Source: Styela clava (taxonomy: Eukaryota). From it: a DNA stretch of 64,000 nucleotides. The stretch lies in the NCBI RefSeq assembly GCF_964204865.1, contig NC_135259.1, positions 12,834,001 to 12,898,000 of the forward strand. Direction: 5' to 3'. Positions 29,201 through 40,648 of this stretch are shown in pieces; positions within the stretch are counted from its first letter, which is position 1; each line of letters starts with the position of its first letter. A program made the translations under genes and the position numbers. Under the pieces are notes generated by a model. That model searched no databases. It saw nothing but the letters and a program-made list of their open reading frames with translations, and was not told the DNA's origin.

Positions 29201-32041
29201 TAAAATATAATTTTTGTATTGATGAATCTGAACAATATTCCAAATAGACTGCCACAGAATATATATAATTAGCGATTAAATTTCTATTTAGAAATATTAC
29301 AACATATTCCTGAATCTCCAGATGGAAGCATTATTGACATTGAAAGTTATACACCAAAGAAGCCAAAAAAGGTATTTTAGCAATATTGAAATCATTTATG
29401 AATCTGTACGTAAACGTTGATCTATTTTATTTATGTTTCACCACCATGGTTACGATTTTCTATTAGTTGTTAAAATTTTAAAAGGTGGCAATTCGAAAAA
29501 TTTCAATTTTAATGCAGATCTTCAAAGAAAAAGGGGCGATGACGAAATACTATGTTAAAGAGAACGATAAAATTAGTCAGCATGTGTCAGGATCAAAAAC
29601 ATCGTCAATTCATCAGCGATCTAACTCAGAAGGGTTGCAGAGGATAAAAGAGAAACGTTTAAATAAAGGCCCAGAAGCTGACGGTATGAGTGCATTTCCG
29701 CCCCTCTATCTCGAATGAACTATAGGTCGGCTATCCTCCTCACTTTCTCACTCATTGATTGAGCTGTTTTATTGAATTTACTCTACGTAATGCTAATTGT
29801 AAAATATCACTCAAGACTCGCTTTTTTACATAGATCTTACGTAGACCACCGCAGCAAATGGGTAACGTACAGTGCAGCTGACGAGTATAGCGTATTTATT
29901 ATTCGACGTTATTCAAATATTATGTATTAGAAGGTTTGTGTAGAGCCCCGTCATGTTAGTGTAGTTTAAGTAGCGAAATAATACATTTTTCAAAATGAGG
30001 GAACCTGTTGTTAGTGTTTCGATACTAAAGAGTACCTGTTCATAAAATCTTGAATTTGATCGTACAGTATAGTATACATCGGAAATATTGTGAACAAGTT
30101 TTTCGAGTGATTTGTACAGTTTTTAGAGTTTTTAAATTCTATTCAGACAATTTAATGTCAGTGTGTAGCGAGATTCTGAAGGAGGAAATTAAGAAAGCAA
30201 AAAGACGTGTTCGTTCACAAAGCTGTAGTTCAATTAGGTCGAGCCCTCGGGTTTTAAGAAGTAAGATTGAAGAGTTGAATATTTGATTTTTGAATTTGCA
30301 GATTGAGTTACAGATTAAGATATCTGCTTTATTTCTGCTATAGGTCGCAAAATTGGCAAGGAAGTACAGTGCAGTGAGGAAGACGTGTATTCATATAAAG
30401 ATTCCCCGACTGATTTTGATTTCAAGAAGGTACTATACTATATAATAGAACCAGTGCCGGATCGTGGCCTTTAGAGGCCCTAAGCCAGGGGTTCCCAAGC
30501 TTTTTTCAGGACGCCCCCAAGGACAACTTTCAAGCGTCCAGTGCGACCCCATGTCAATATATATATTTTTCATGAAACTTTAGAGCTTCTTTCACTGTAC
30601 TTCTGAGTTTGGTCATGTGGTGGTATTAAGTGAAAAAAGCTAAAACCAAACAGTGATGTCACAATAAGCACGTACATTTTCTATAGCATAAGCAGCCATG
30701 GAGCGATGCTTATGGGCCTGTTTTACAGGAAGCCATGGTACAAACTGCTATATTTAACATGGTTTGTCAAATCTTAGATGATTTGTACATTCATCCTCTA
30801 CCATACCTCTGCGACCCTACCTACTTATCCCTCCGACCCAATTTGGGGTCGCGACCCCTGGTTTTGGAACCCCTGCCCTAGGCACTCAAGACTTTGGTGC
30901 CCTATATATAAAATATAATAATGGGAATGTGTTACGTGTTATCTGAAATTGAAAATAAGTTTCAGTATTGAAGGCCAAATTGTTATTAATTTACATATTT
31001 TCTAAAAATAGTTTTCATCCCTATATAAACATTTAGGATGATACTTGAGAAAGAAAAAAAAAGCAAAATTTATTTCAACCGTGCCAATATGGGGGTCTGA
31101 ATCGCTTGACCAATCAAGCAATTTTATTTTGATCACTTTGACATAAAACAAAACATCATGAAACAAAAAAACAACAAACAGTCAAACAAAATGCAGAGGC
31201 CTCGAGGACGGGCATAACTCAAGGAACGGGCATAACTTAAGTTAAAAGACGTACAAATACGCGCCCGTCAACCAAAAACAGTTAAAGAACATGATGAAAT
31301 AATCACACACAATACAAAATCGGGCGATAACTTTTAAATTAATTTAAGATGTGAAAACAGTGATCAAAAGAAGAACAGGGCAACAAACTTTTTACAAACT
31401 AGACTTTGAAAAACATTTTGTGTCGGCCGTTGTCATAAGGTGTAACTGTAATGGTACTATTAAAATCTGGGCTATGAAAATTTCTGGGGTCCTCATGACG
31501 CCATGAACGACTGACGGCACAAACTTCCTATTATTGATTGTAATGTGGATTTGAATTGTGAGCGCCACTCCGGATATCAATATTATTGTTAAACTTATGA
31601 TGAATGACATAATACAGTTTTTTATGCTGCATGATTCGAACAAATAAGCACTTTGTTTAGTGGATATTTGAATCTGTGATCACGGTTTTTCTGTGTTTAG
31701 ATGAAATCATACAAGATTTTGTTTTCTAAAATACTGAATTCATTAGTGTCGAAAGTTGTTGAAATGTTTTTACATTGAGACACAACTTACTTCCATCTTT
31801 ATTAACCATTTGCTCGATGGTACTTTTATTACAGCCAATGCTGCCTCCTCAAAAACTGAATAGCCAAAGAAGTAGATCACGAAAGAGATTCGACTATCAA
31901 GAACGAAAAAATGTAGAGGAGGGTGTTAAACGACTTGGTACCAACTTTAAAGAGATCCTTTTCACATATGAGTTTCATCCTTGTCGAACTGCTATGGATT
32001 TGAGAGACAAGTATAGAAATTTGATGAAAAACAATATATGA
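17246..32041 (+). CDS. TERB1: Telomere repeats-binding bouquet formation protein 1 (ARM repeats + C-terminal Myb/telobox domain)
   Basis: Exons 17246-17381, 18305-~18406 (3' end uncertain), 18452-18583, 18657-18717, 18933-19045, 20116-20241, 20893-21030, 23707-23844, 25748-25882, 26069-26187, 26968-27040, 28785-28964, 29292-29371, 29518-29683, 30147-30260, 30344-30429, 31835-32041. TDIKILLDFLKQ, GQNLIKSSGCL, LCVGSPQN.TNQM.C, NKIAASVLNYC, SVCSEILKEEI and the Myb domain RKRFDYQERKNVEEGVKRLGTNFKEILFTYEFHPCRTAMDLRDKYRNL follow vertebrate TERB1 in order. Confidence 0.85.
19110..19430 (+). mobile_element. tRNA-derived SINE copy
   Basis: A-box-like TGGCGCCTCGTGCTAAG, decayed B box, core CGGCTTCCTCCACCATCAAGTC and tail TAAATCCTAT. 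Homologous copies at ~32330-32515 (+), ~40100-40420 (-), ~52590-52830 (+) and partly ~7935-8070 (-). Confidence 0.65.
21515..23648. mobile_element. Non-autonomous hAT-type DNA transposon in a TERB1 intron
   Basis: Perfect 8-bp TSD CATACGAC (21507-21514 and 23649-23656). TIR CAAGGTTGGCCAATT / AAATGGCCATCCCTG, with subterminal ATTCGAAT/ATTCGGAAT repeats. No transposase ORF. Confidence 0.85.
24066..25305. mobile_element. hAT-like MITE, probably with a second element nested inside
   Basis: Ends CAGCGTTTCCCAAA / TTTGGGAACCGCCG. The internal ~24350-25190 segment has repeated GTGACACTACAG motifs. TSD is not clean. Confidence 0.45.
27678..28156. mobile_element. hAT MITE
   Basis: TIR CAGGGTGGACCAA / TTGGACCACCCTG; 8-bp TSD CCCCAAAG / CCCTAAAG; subterminal GCGGGCCAC repeats. 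A second copy lies at 49384-50036. Confidence 0.88.
30486..30875. mobile_element. hAT MITE nested in an older repeat
   Basis: TIR CAGGGGTTCCCAA / TTTGGAACCCCTG; TSD CCCTAAGC / CCCTAGGC. Confidence 0.85.
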
Positions 32042-32329
32042 ATGAAAAAAAAAATTTCTGTTTATTATTGTGTGTTTTGAATTGAATTATATTTAGAATG
32101 AATTGTTTTTGTTTCAGATTTTATTCATGTTCTATCATTGTTGATTTTCCTTTTTCAAATTAATGAAGTTTTTTCTATATTTATGTTGAATGTCATGTTC
32201 TTATTTACATTGAAATAACTATAGATTGTTTCTAGAAATTTCAGGTGTAAGTGCTGTCCGTGTTACTGTCTATGATAGGATCTCCGACACAATTTGCTTC
32301 TAGGTAGCAGATTATTTTCCCTATAAACA

Positions 32330-32515
32330 TCAACGCTGGTCGGATGCGGCTTCCTCCACCTTCAAGTCAATACATCTGAAAACAAATGACTGGTTAACTA
32401 TGCCCTTACCAGACATGGACTGGTAACCGGAGAATAGAAGATAACGTGGTTCAGCATATGATTAAGTCATCTTATAGGCTTACCTCTCCCATGGATAAAT
32501 ATGCAAATTCTGTCT
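32330..32515 (+). mobile_element. 5'-truncated SINE copy
   Basis: CGGCTTCCTCCACCTTCAAGTC core and CATATGATTAAG...GGATAAATATG tail shared with 19110-19430. Confidence 0.55.
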
Positions 32516-32640
32516 TAATAATTTGGTAATAAGTGTGTCGGTGAAAGGAGCATACAATTTGTGTGTCAATTCGCCACCAAACTGAGGAATTCGATAGGGT
32601 CTACATATGGCGATAGAATACATATGGCGACTAATAGAAA

Positions 32641-32830
32641 GAGGTACCGGTAACTAATTTTGTTCGCTTATTTTACATCAAGTTGTGTAAATGGACTGAA
32701 ACCGATTGGCAGGGGGTATATTCACTTGGATAACACATACAATCTCCGAACTCGTAATAGAACTTAAATATGAAAAATCGGAATAAAATTATGACTTAAC
32801 CCTAATCTGGTACACGAACTACGGGAGTTC
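32641..32830 (-). mobile_element. Short interspersed repeat, reverse-complement homologue of 60108-60292
   Basis: GGTAACTAATTTTGTTCGC...GGAATAAAATTATGACTTAACCCTAATCTGGTACAC aligns end to end with the reverse complement of 60108-60292. Confidence 0.7.
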
Positions 32831-33911
32831 CTTTTTTAGATCCTTGTGGTTTTTGATTGGCGGTCCATTAGAAATCGGTGACTCAGAGACGGTTTATCAC
32901 TATAATATAATGAAAATCTCAATTCACCAGCAGTCTGCGGAATTCGATGATACAGTCTACAGATAGTTACGTACGACATTAGCTCAAATAATACCAAAGA
33001 TTAAGTCGTTGAACCATGGTAGCAACATTGGTCCCCAGACAAACCGACAGTAAGCGACATCATCATGAGAATATTTAACATATAATTTTAGCACTTTGTT
33101 GTGTTAAGTTAAGAAAACGAGGAGTCAAGTAAGTTTTTAAAAATCAAGTTCGGAATAATTGAATACAAAAAGACAGTTATCTATTGGGGCAAATTCATTT
33201 GATGAACATAGTTATTTCGAATTTGTAGCGAAATATTAGGATCTTTATGACTAACAAACGCAAATTACCGCAAACGTAACATTGCAGCGACGAAAAAGGT
33301 ACCTACCATCATCTTAAATGCATAGATTTAATTTCTACTTCAAATACGTTTTGATGCTTGCCCCCTCGCGTATATGTGAAATACTATTCATTCCTCACTT
33401 CCCAATATCTCAATTACTCGACTATCTTTTCGTCGTATTCTATTGACATTGAATCTGTTCCGTTTGATACTGAAAATTATTCTAGTTTAGAAGTTTTTAT
33501 ATATAAATAACACTTGATAGTTGTAGTCTGGGCCCCCTTTTTTAAATTCCGGTTATATTCTTATTAAAAACCGGTCATTTCATCGATATCTCGTGACTTT
33601 CCTCCGAGATGAGGAAATGATTTCCTTTTTATGTGCATCTCCGAAAAAGTTTCACTGCTTACCGTATGTTAAATAAGTGAGGTTAAAGGTTATCATATAC
33701 GCTGCGCCTTCCTAATCTCTGTCTGTCCGTTGTGTTGGCCCGTCTGGCAGTCTGGGTATCTCGATTTTTCATGCAACTCAATTACCTGCGGTGAATACCT
33801 ACATAGCAATACATTAGTCGTTTGCAATTTGCTGCTTTTTGTTGTTGCTGTACTATTTTTATTGAGCTACATTGTGGTCAGCTTTACAAAGGTTCATTGC
33901 AGCCTGATAAA

Positions 33912-36900
33912 ATGCTTGGTGACAATGCTACCCAAGAAAAAAAGGCAGGAGACATCGGTAAAAATATTTGGTAAGTTTAATGTTAGGGTATTTTGATGGT
34001 AATTTATTTGAAAGCGATATCAATTTTTGAATATTGTTGTATATTTTTATCAATAATATTAACTGACGCATAGAACATGGTTCAAAAAGTACTTGATGTA
34101 TTGTGCAATATGATGTATAAACTTGATGACAGTGTTAATTTGAGATTATTGCAACATTATTCCGATATTTTCTATTCCGAATATATATTCTCAATTCAAG
34201 CCACTTTCAAGTATGAACAAGCAGAAGTCGATGAACGTTATACTCAATGAATTTGAATTTTAAAATAACCGAAAAATAAAATAATATGATGATGATTTTT
34301 CAAATGAAAGTATTGTGAAGTATTTCTAAATCAAGAATTTAAAAATATTGAATGTACGGTATCAATTATCGAATATTGATTCATTTAGAACATCCCCTCA
34401 TTATAATAGATTCTCCTATTGCTGTATTGCGAAATTTCAGTTATTGATACATTGAAATGACAAGTAGATTATTTAAAAACTCAAAATCAAGCATTTGATA
34501 CTACATATTTTTAGGTCATCACTACTGAGTGAGGTTTCAAGCCGCTCAACTTCGTCCAAATTTTCTGATGGGGAGAAAAATATAATATTACTAGGTAAGA
34601 AAGTGGTTGACAACATAATATTTTCTATCAACACTCAGTTGGTCCTTATTCATGGCTGAGAGTAGTGCTCCAAATGATGCATTTGTTTAGTTGATTGTCA
34701 GCTCATTGAAATATGTTTTTTAACATCATTATATAATACAAAGTCATATGTATGATTTATTTCTTACCATTCCATGTTGAAAAGCACTGGAATGAACTTG
34801 ATTCAACACAGTTTACCATTTTACTTTTATAGTTTATACTCACCTTAACAATAAAGTGGCATCTGTGACATTGGATACTAACATGAAATTGCATTCTAAC
34901 ATCCTATCTCCCCTATCCTAATTTTATAGGCGATGATTTATCTGGTAAAACAACGTTGGCCACAAGACTTCAAGGAAAAGAAGATCCACACAGAGGTTCA
35001 GCTTTAGAATATCAATATATGGAAATCCAAGATGAGGATGTTGATGGTAAAATGATATAGATAAATAATATCAGAATTTCAAAAACATAGGACATAATTT
35101 TTGGGAGAATATAGAACATTGGAATTATTAAGTTTTGTTGCGGACTAATAACTTTTCACTATTTGTTTTATGATAACATTTGAATCATTTTATGTTGCTT
35201 CTTTCGATTTTAATAAAAAAACTTTCGGAATTTAGTAGCAGGCAGAAACGGAAGAAAAATGATAGGTCAAAAAATTTAGATCAGTAATTGTATTGTGTTA
35301 GCAAATAGTAACTTATCATTCAAAAAGGCCATAGTGTATTGTTTAACTACCGTAATTATACCACTTTGTTATTCAGCAGGTCATTTTAAGTGCTGCTGAA
35401 TTGTATATACCTCGCAACATAATTGTAATTCACTAATCACTAAATTGGCTTTAGCAATGACTGGTACCTTTCTGATCTAGCATAGGATACTGACTTTTTG
35501 TGTTATTATCCTCAGTTGTCAAGTATTTCATGGCCATTCGGGCAGCTTACTAGGAAACTCTATGCTTCTATTGATAAGGTGTTTACTTACACGTTTCAAA
35601 TATTTTTTACAGAAAAGGCGATTTGTGGTATTTGGATTATGGAAGGGAATAGATCTTACAGATCTTTGTTACATTTTGCATTACCTAAAGAAAGATTTTC
35701 TGATTCCATTATCGTATTAACATTGGATATGTCGCAACCATGGATTATGATGGAATCTCTCGATACGTGGACGACTGTCATCAGAGAACACATAGATCAA
35801 TCTAAAATATCTGCCGAAGAATTGAAATCGTTAGAAGAAAAACGTATGATTACTTTTATTGCTTTAAACTTCTGTCAATAGTCAATACTAGTACCTCAGC
35901 AGGAGAGCTGGTTTAAAATCACAATGGCTCAAACTTCGGCACTGGCGCTTAGTTTTTTACCTCCTTTATTCTAAATGCAGTTTCATGACAGCGGGACTCA
36001 AAACCATGATAGATATATATAAACAAGTGTTTCAATTTTTAAAATCCTACTTTGAACTTTCAGCTATACAAATTTAACTTGAAATTTTGAAATTCATATT
36101 AGAAATTAAATATTAAATAAATTTTAGTCAGAAAAGGCTAGATTTTTATTAAGTAGGCTATTAGGTAATTCGGGCTGGATCCAGTAAAATTATCGGTAAC
36201 CCATGCTCCATCTCTATGTATAGTCGTCAGCTTGGCTCCAGCTCCAATAATGTGTCATTGCCCCAGTCTCTGCCAACTTCACGTCAATGCCACTTTCCAA
36301 TCTGTTTTATTATCTGTCGTTTAGAAGATGTTTCATGTGCGATACCTAAAATTTAACACAATTTTATATATGGAAAGCATAATTTATATCAAGTTTTAAA
36401 AAAAAATTTGCATTCATGAAAGTCATTTTTTCTATAAAATAGTTTTTGTTTTTTATCCAAATAAGTTGTGTACCTCATCTGTTTCTTTTATTACATCAAC
36501 TTCCTATCATTATCTTTATGATTCTAGTAATACAAGATTTTCAAAAGTATATTGATCCCTCGGAAGTTACGCAAGATGATCCGAGTATAGTATCACAGGC
36601 AACTTCTCGACTGTCATCTTCAAATGATCCAGATTCTGAACAAATTACAATTCCTCTTGGAGAAAATACATTAACCTGTAACTTAGGAATTCAACTCATT
36701 GTTGTTTGTACAAAGGTAATGAAATTTAATGATTTTCGATTTGAACCGCTGCAAAATTCTAGTTAATTTTACAAATTTTATAGGCTAATTTTTTATGTGG
36801 ATTTTTTTCCTTTCACATTTGCAATGAAGCAGATGGTAAAGCTAAAAATCAATTTTTTTTAAATAGAATTGCTTCTGCATTCAGTTCAGTTTTTGCTCCC

Positions 36901-39900
36901 ATGATAGTGAAAGTAGAAGTTTACAGTTTTTACATTCTTGCAGCATAAAAGAAATTGAGAGTTTAGTGTTACTTATGGCAATATTTGCATTTATGTATCA
37001 GTCGTTTTGTTAGCTGGTTTTGTTATTGGGGACGATCAGAGGTGAAACGATGTTTCGAATATGAAAAGTACTAGCTACACAGAAATATTTTTGTATTCAA
37101 AATTCATTGAGATGTTTATGATCAGATCAGTTTGATAAATAAGATAATGATTTTGTAGTATTCCTACATATTTTTTCAATTTTTTCTTTTTCTTCCAGTG
37201 TGATTTCACAGAAAAATTAGAAAAAGACAATGATTATAAGGAAGAACATTTTGATTTTATTCAACACAGACTACGGACATTTTGTTTAAAATGTAAGTGT
37301 ATACAGTCAATACAAATATGTATATGCTTGTTTAGAAAGAAACCTGTGATTTCTTGGTTGGTAATGAATATTATCTACTTATATGAAATATTTTAGATTT
37401 GTTCTAAATTCCAATATTGGTTTATCAATGGTTTGATAATCTGACAATTTTTGTAGCATTGATACAAAAATTGTCAGATTATCAAACCATATCATACAAC
37501 ATATGTTACATTGTGGTGCGTAGGCTACATTGTTTGAATGCTTAACAACAAGAGAGAGAAGTAAGTTGGGTTGAACTTCTGTTAGGGCAAAAAGCTAACA
37601 TTTAGCCAATAAGGTCCATCGAAATAATTATTGGCATGGGTACAAGTAGGCTTAGCAATGCATAATCAATGTTTAATAATGAAATAAAAAAAATATAATT
37701 TTATTATAATTTTTTTCATATCCAGGTGGCTTATGTAAAAAAGCGTTATATGCGGATGGTTTTGAAAGATTTTCAAGTTTCATAAATGAGCACCTAGAGC
37801 AATTAAGCGTTTTCATCATCCTCTATATTACCACCTTCTACCTGCCTGCAAAAACCTATTTTTTTTTATTTCAGACGGTGCTGCATTATTTTATACATCA
37901 GTGAAAGACAATAAAAATACAGAGATTCTACATAGATATTTACTGCATAAATTATACGGATTTCCATTCGATGTATCGGCATCAGTGGTCGATAAAGATG
38001 CAGTGTTTGTGTAAGTGTCAATTTGTGTATTTTACCAGACTGTGGAGTCGAGGAATGTTACGATCGACTCCGAGAATTAAGAAAATTTTTGATCTTTGAC
38101 CCTATCTCAAAACTCTGAAAAAATGAATTTATGATAACAAAAACTTGGGAACGCTCAGTAAACGTAATGCTTTTTAACTATCTGTCAAGATTTTTTCATT
38201 GAAAGTTTGAAATTTAGACTTTGGTGGGTTAGAAAATGGACTGTGGCTTTGGCTCCAGTGAAAATTTGGCCTGACAGTTAGTGTACTTTACATTTTGGTA
38301 CATTACTGATTTTACCTCATTGGTATATTTGTGCATCAAATCGTGGCTTACTTCACGTATCTTCATTCTTTTATTCAGACCTTCTGGTTGGGATACTGAG
38401 AAGAAAATAAGTATAATCAGCGATAATTTTACTAAAGTTTCAGTTAACGATGCATTTGAAGATGTAATTGCAAGACCTATTGTTCGAAAGGTAAGAAAAA
38501 TGTTTCGTTAATAAATTTTCGCTGCATATCCAGGAAGTCATCACAGTCTATATATCTCCATATTACAAGCTTTTGTGATTTATTAAAAACAAATCTTTCG
38601 GCATGTAGCACAACAGAACCTTACATTGTGATTGGAAGCACAGAAATTTTTTCGACTGATTTTGATAATTATAGGCTAAACATTCAATTTCTTGACCTAA
38701 TATTACAATATAAACAGTAGTTGTCTGTGAAGCGCTATAAGTCTTCTGTATTCATTTCTTCCCATCACACATCAAAGCACTTGGGAGCTTCAAAATTTCC
38801 TAATAAATACTTTTGAAAAAATTCACAGTACTCATTTTGTAACTCAAATTAATACGATATCATTTCAGTATTTGAACCTTATACACTTATACTAATGTAC
38901 AAAATGTATTGTATCGTGCAAGACTTTTAACAAAAGCATATGATGACAGCAGGCCGAGTCTGATTTGTTTTTAAACTGAAACAATGACGCCACTTACCTA
39001 GCGATATTACTGATGCTTGAAATTAGTTAGTTTAAGTCTATTCAGTTATTGTTCATTTTTTAATACATATAAGACTTTTTCAAAGTTAGAACCTCCTTAT
39101 AACAGATTAATCCATGAAATTCTTTTACAATTTTATAATAATTATATTCTACTTCAGCCTTTACAAGAAATGAAAGAAATTACAGCAGAGGATGAACAGA
39201 TCTTTTTAACGAAAGCACAGGTATTTTATTTTGATAATAAACTATTATTTTCCTATACATCCTATTCAAAGTCTTTTTACAGCGTAAAAATTGGCACTTT
39301 CTCATAGAAGCAATTAATTCCTACAATGGTGTTTGTTGTTCTAATTTCAACGGTATGTCTTCTTAATTAATTTCAGTGAACTTACATGATCTGTGGCCTC
39401 CTTTTCGAAGACTCTCCAAAGCTCCCTCACTCTTAAATAAAAATGCCTATTTCTGATTTTAACATGTTTCTATAAGTTATTTTATGTGCCAAATTTATAT
39501 TTAATGTATTAAAAAATCAAAATCTGTGTCATCACGAAGGTTACCAAGTGAAGGCTTTTCTTCATGGCCCCCAGGAATCGCTCTCGAGGGCCCAATTTAA
39601 TGAACCCTGGTCAAGTTAGTACATTCTAACCCTCGATACCAGGGCTTCTTGCCAATAATCGTCAAAAAATCATTCTTCTACTTGATTACCCTGTATTACA
39701 GACCCTTCTTAGTGCCCCACCTGCTGGGCCGGGAGCAACTCGAGCATCTGTTCCGAACCGAACAACTGCCGATGCAAATAGACTCAAAGCAGCACAAACT
39801 AGTCGAGCATCACTCGGTGGACTTTCTGGTGCTTCGGCACCGAAAATTAAACCAGATCCGAACAAACCAGCTCAGTCAAATGAACGAGTTCTGGCAAATT

Positions 39901-40648
39901 TTTTCAATTCATTGTTGAACAAGAAACCTGGTTCTCCTGCTTCTCCTGGTAAGAATATTTTTTATTTGCTTCGAACTCCAGATTAGTAGCCACGGATGGA
40001 TAAGGGCCTATTTTTTGAACTACTAGCCTTGCCTAGTGTTATTGAGACAATGTTTGTGGAAACAATGTTTGGGCCACAGCTAGGATATATTGCAAGGTTC
40101 TATTGCCATTGGGCATAGGGAAGTCTATAAAAACGACCTGATAAAATGGCAAACCACCTCTTCTTGTCTGGTTGACAGTATCATTTCGGATAAGGGAATT
40201 GGTGATCAGTTGTTTATTCCAGATTCATAGACTGTATGGTGGAGGAAGCCGTATCTAACCAGCGGTTACGTGTACCACCCACCTTACAGCGGCGAGGATT
40301 CCAGCAATCCTCTCGCATATAATTATCTTCCATGGGATTCGAAACTGAAATAGCGCAGAGTTATCAGAAATGTGAAAGCTTGTTACTAATGCTTTGTACA
40401 ATGCTCCGGTTGTCGAACTGTATCACTATTGTATTATGTTTTGCCCCTGGCTTGCCGTCGAATCCGAATTTTCAATGCATTAATAAATTTACGGTGCATT
40501 TTGTGATTTTCTTTTAAAATAAAAATTCTTTCCACCAGCTCCCTCGGATAAAACAGCTGCTGATCTTGCAAGACTTCAGCAACAAGCTAATATAAAACAA
40601 AGAAATTCACCTTCTGGTAGCAAACAACCGACGTCAGGAGCATCTTAA
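33912..40648 (+). CDS. DYNC1LI2: Cytoplasmic dynein 1 light intermediate chain (DYNC1LI1/2 pro-orthologue), 11 exons
   Basis: Exons 33912-33970, 34515-34594, 34930-35046, 35613-35843, 36528-36715, 37199-37292, 37875-38010, 38379-38490, 39158-39220, 39702-39948, 40539-40648. Motifs NIWSSLLSEVS, P-loop GDDLSGKTT, DMSQPW, NLGIQLIVVCTKCD, PSGWD, AEDEQIFL and the adaptor-binding helix VLANFFNSLLNKK. Confidence 0.95.
37428..37490. repeat. Perfect 28-bp inverted repeat with 7-nt loop
   Basis: ATGGTTTGATAATCTGACAATTTTTGTA (37428-37455) - GCATTGA - TACAAAAATTGTCAGATTATCAAACCAT (37463-37490), in dynein LIC intron 6. Confidence 0.92.
40100..40420 (-). mobile_element. tRNA-derived SINE copy
   Basis: Reverse-strand B box (GGGATTCGAAAC, ~40334) and core ATGGTGGAGGAAGCCG (~40236). 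Confidence 0.6.
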
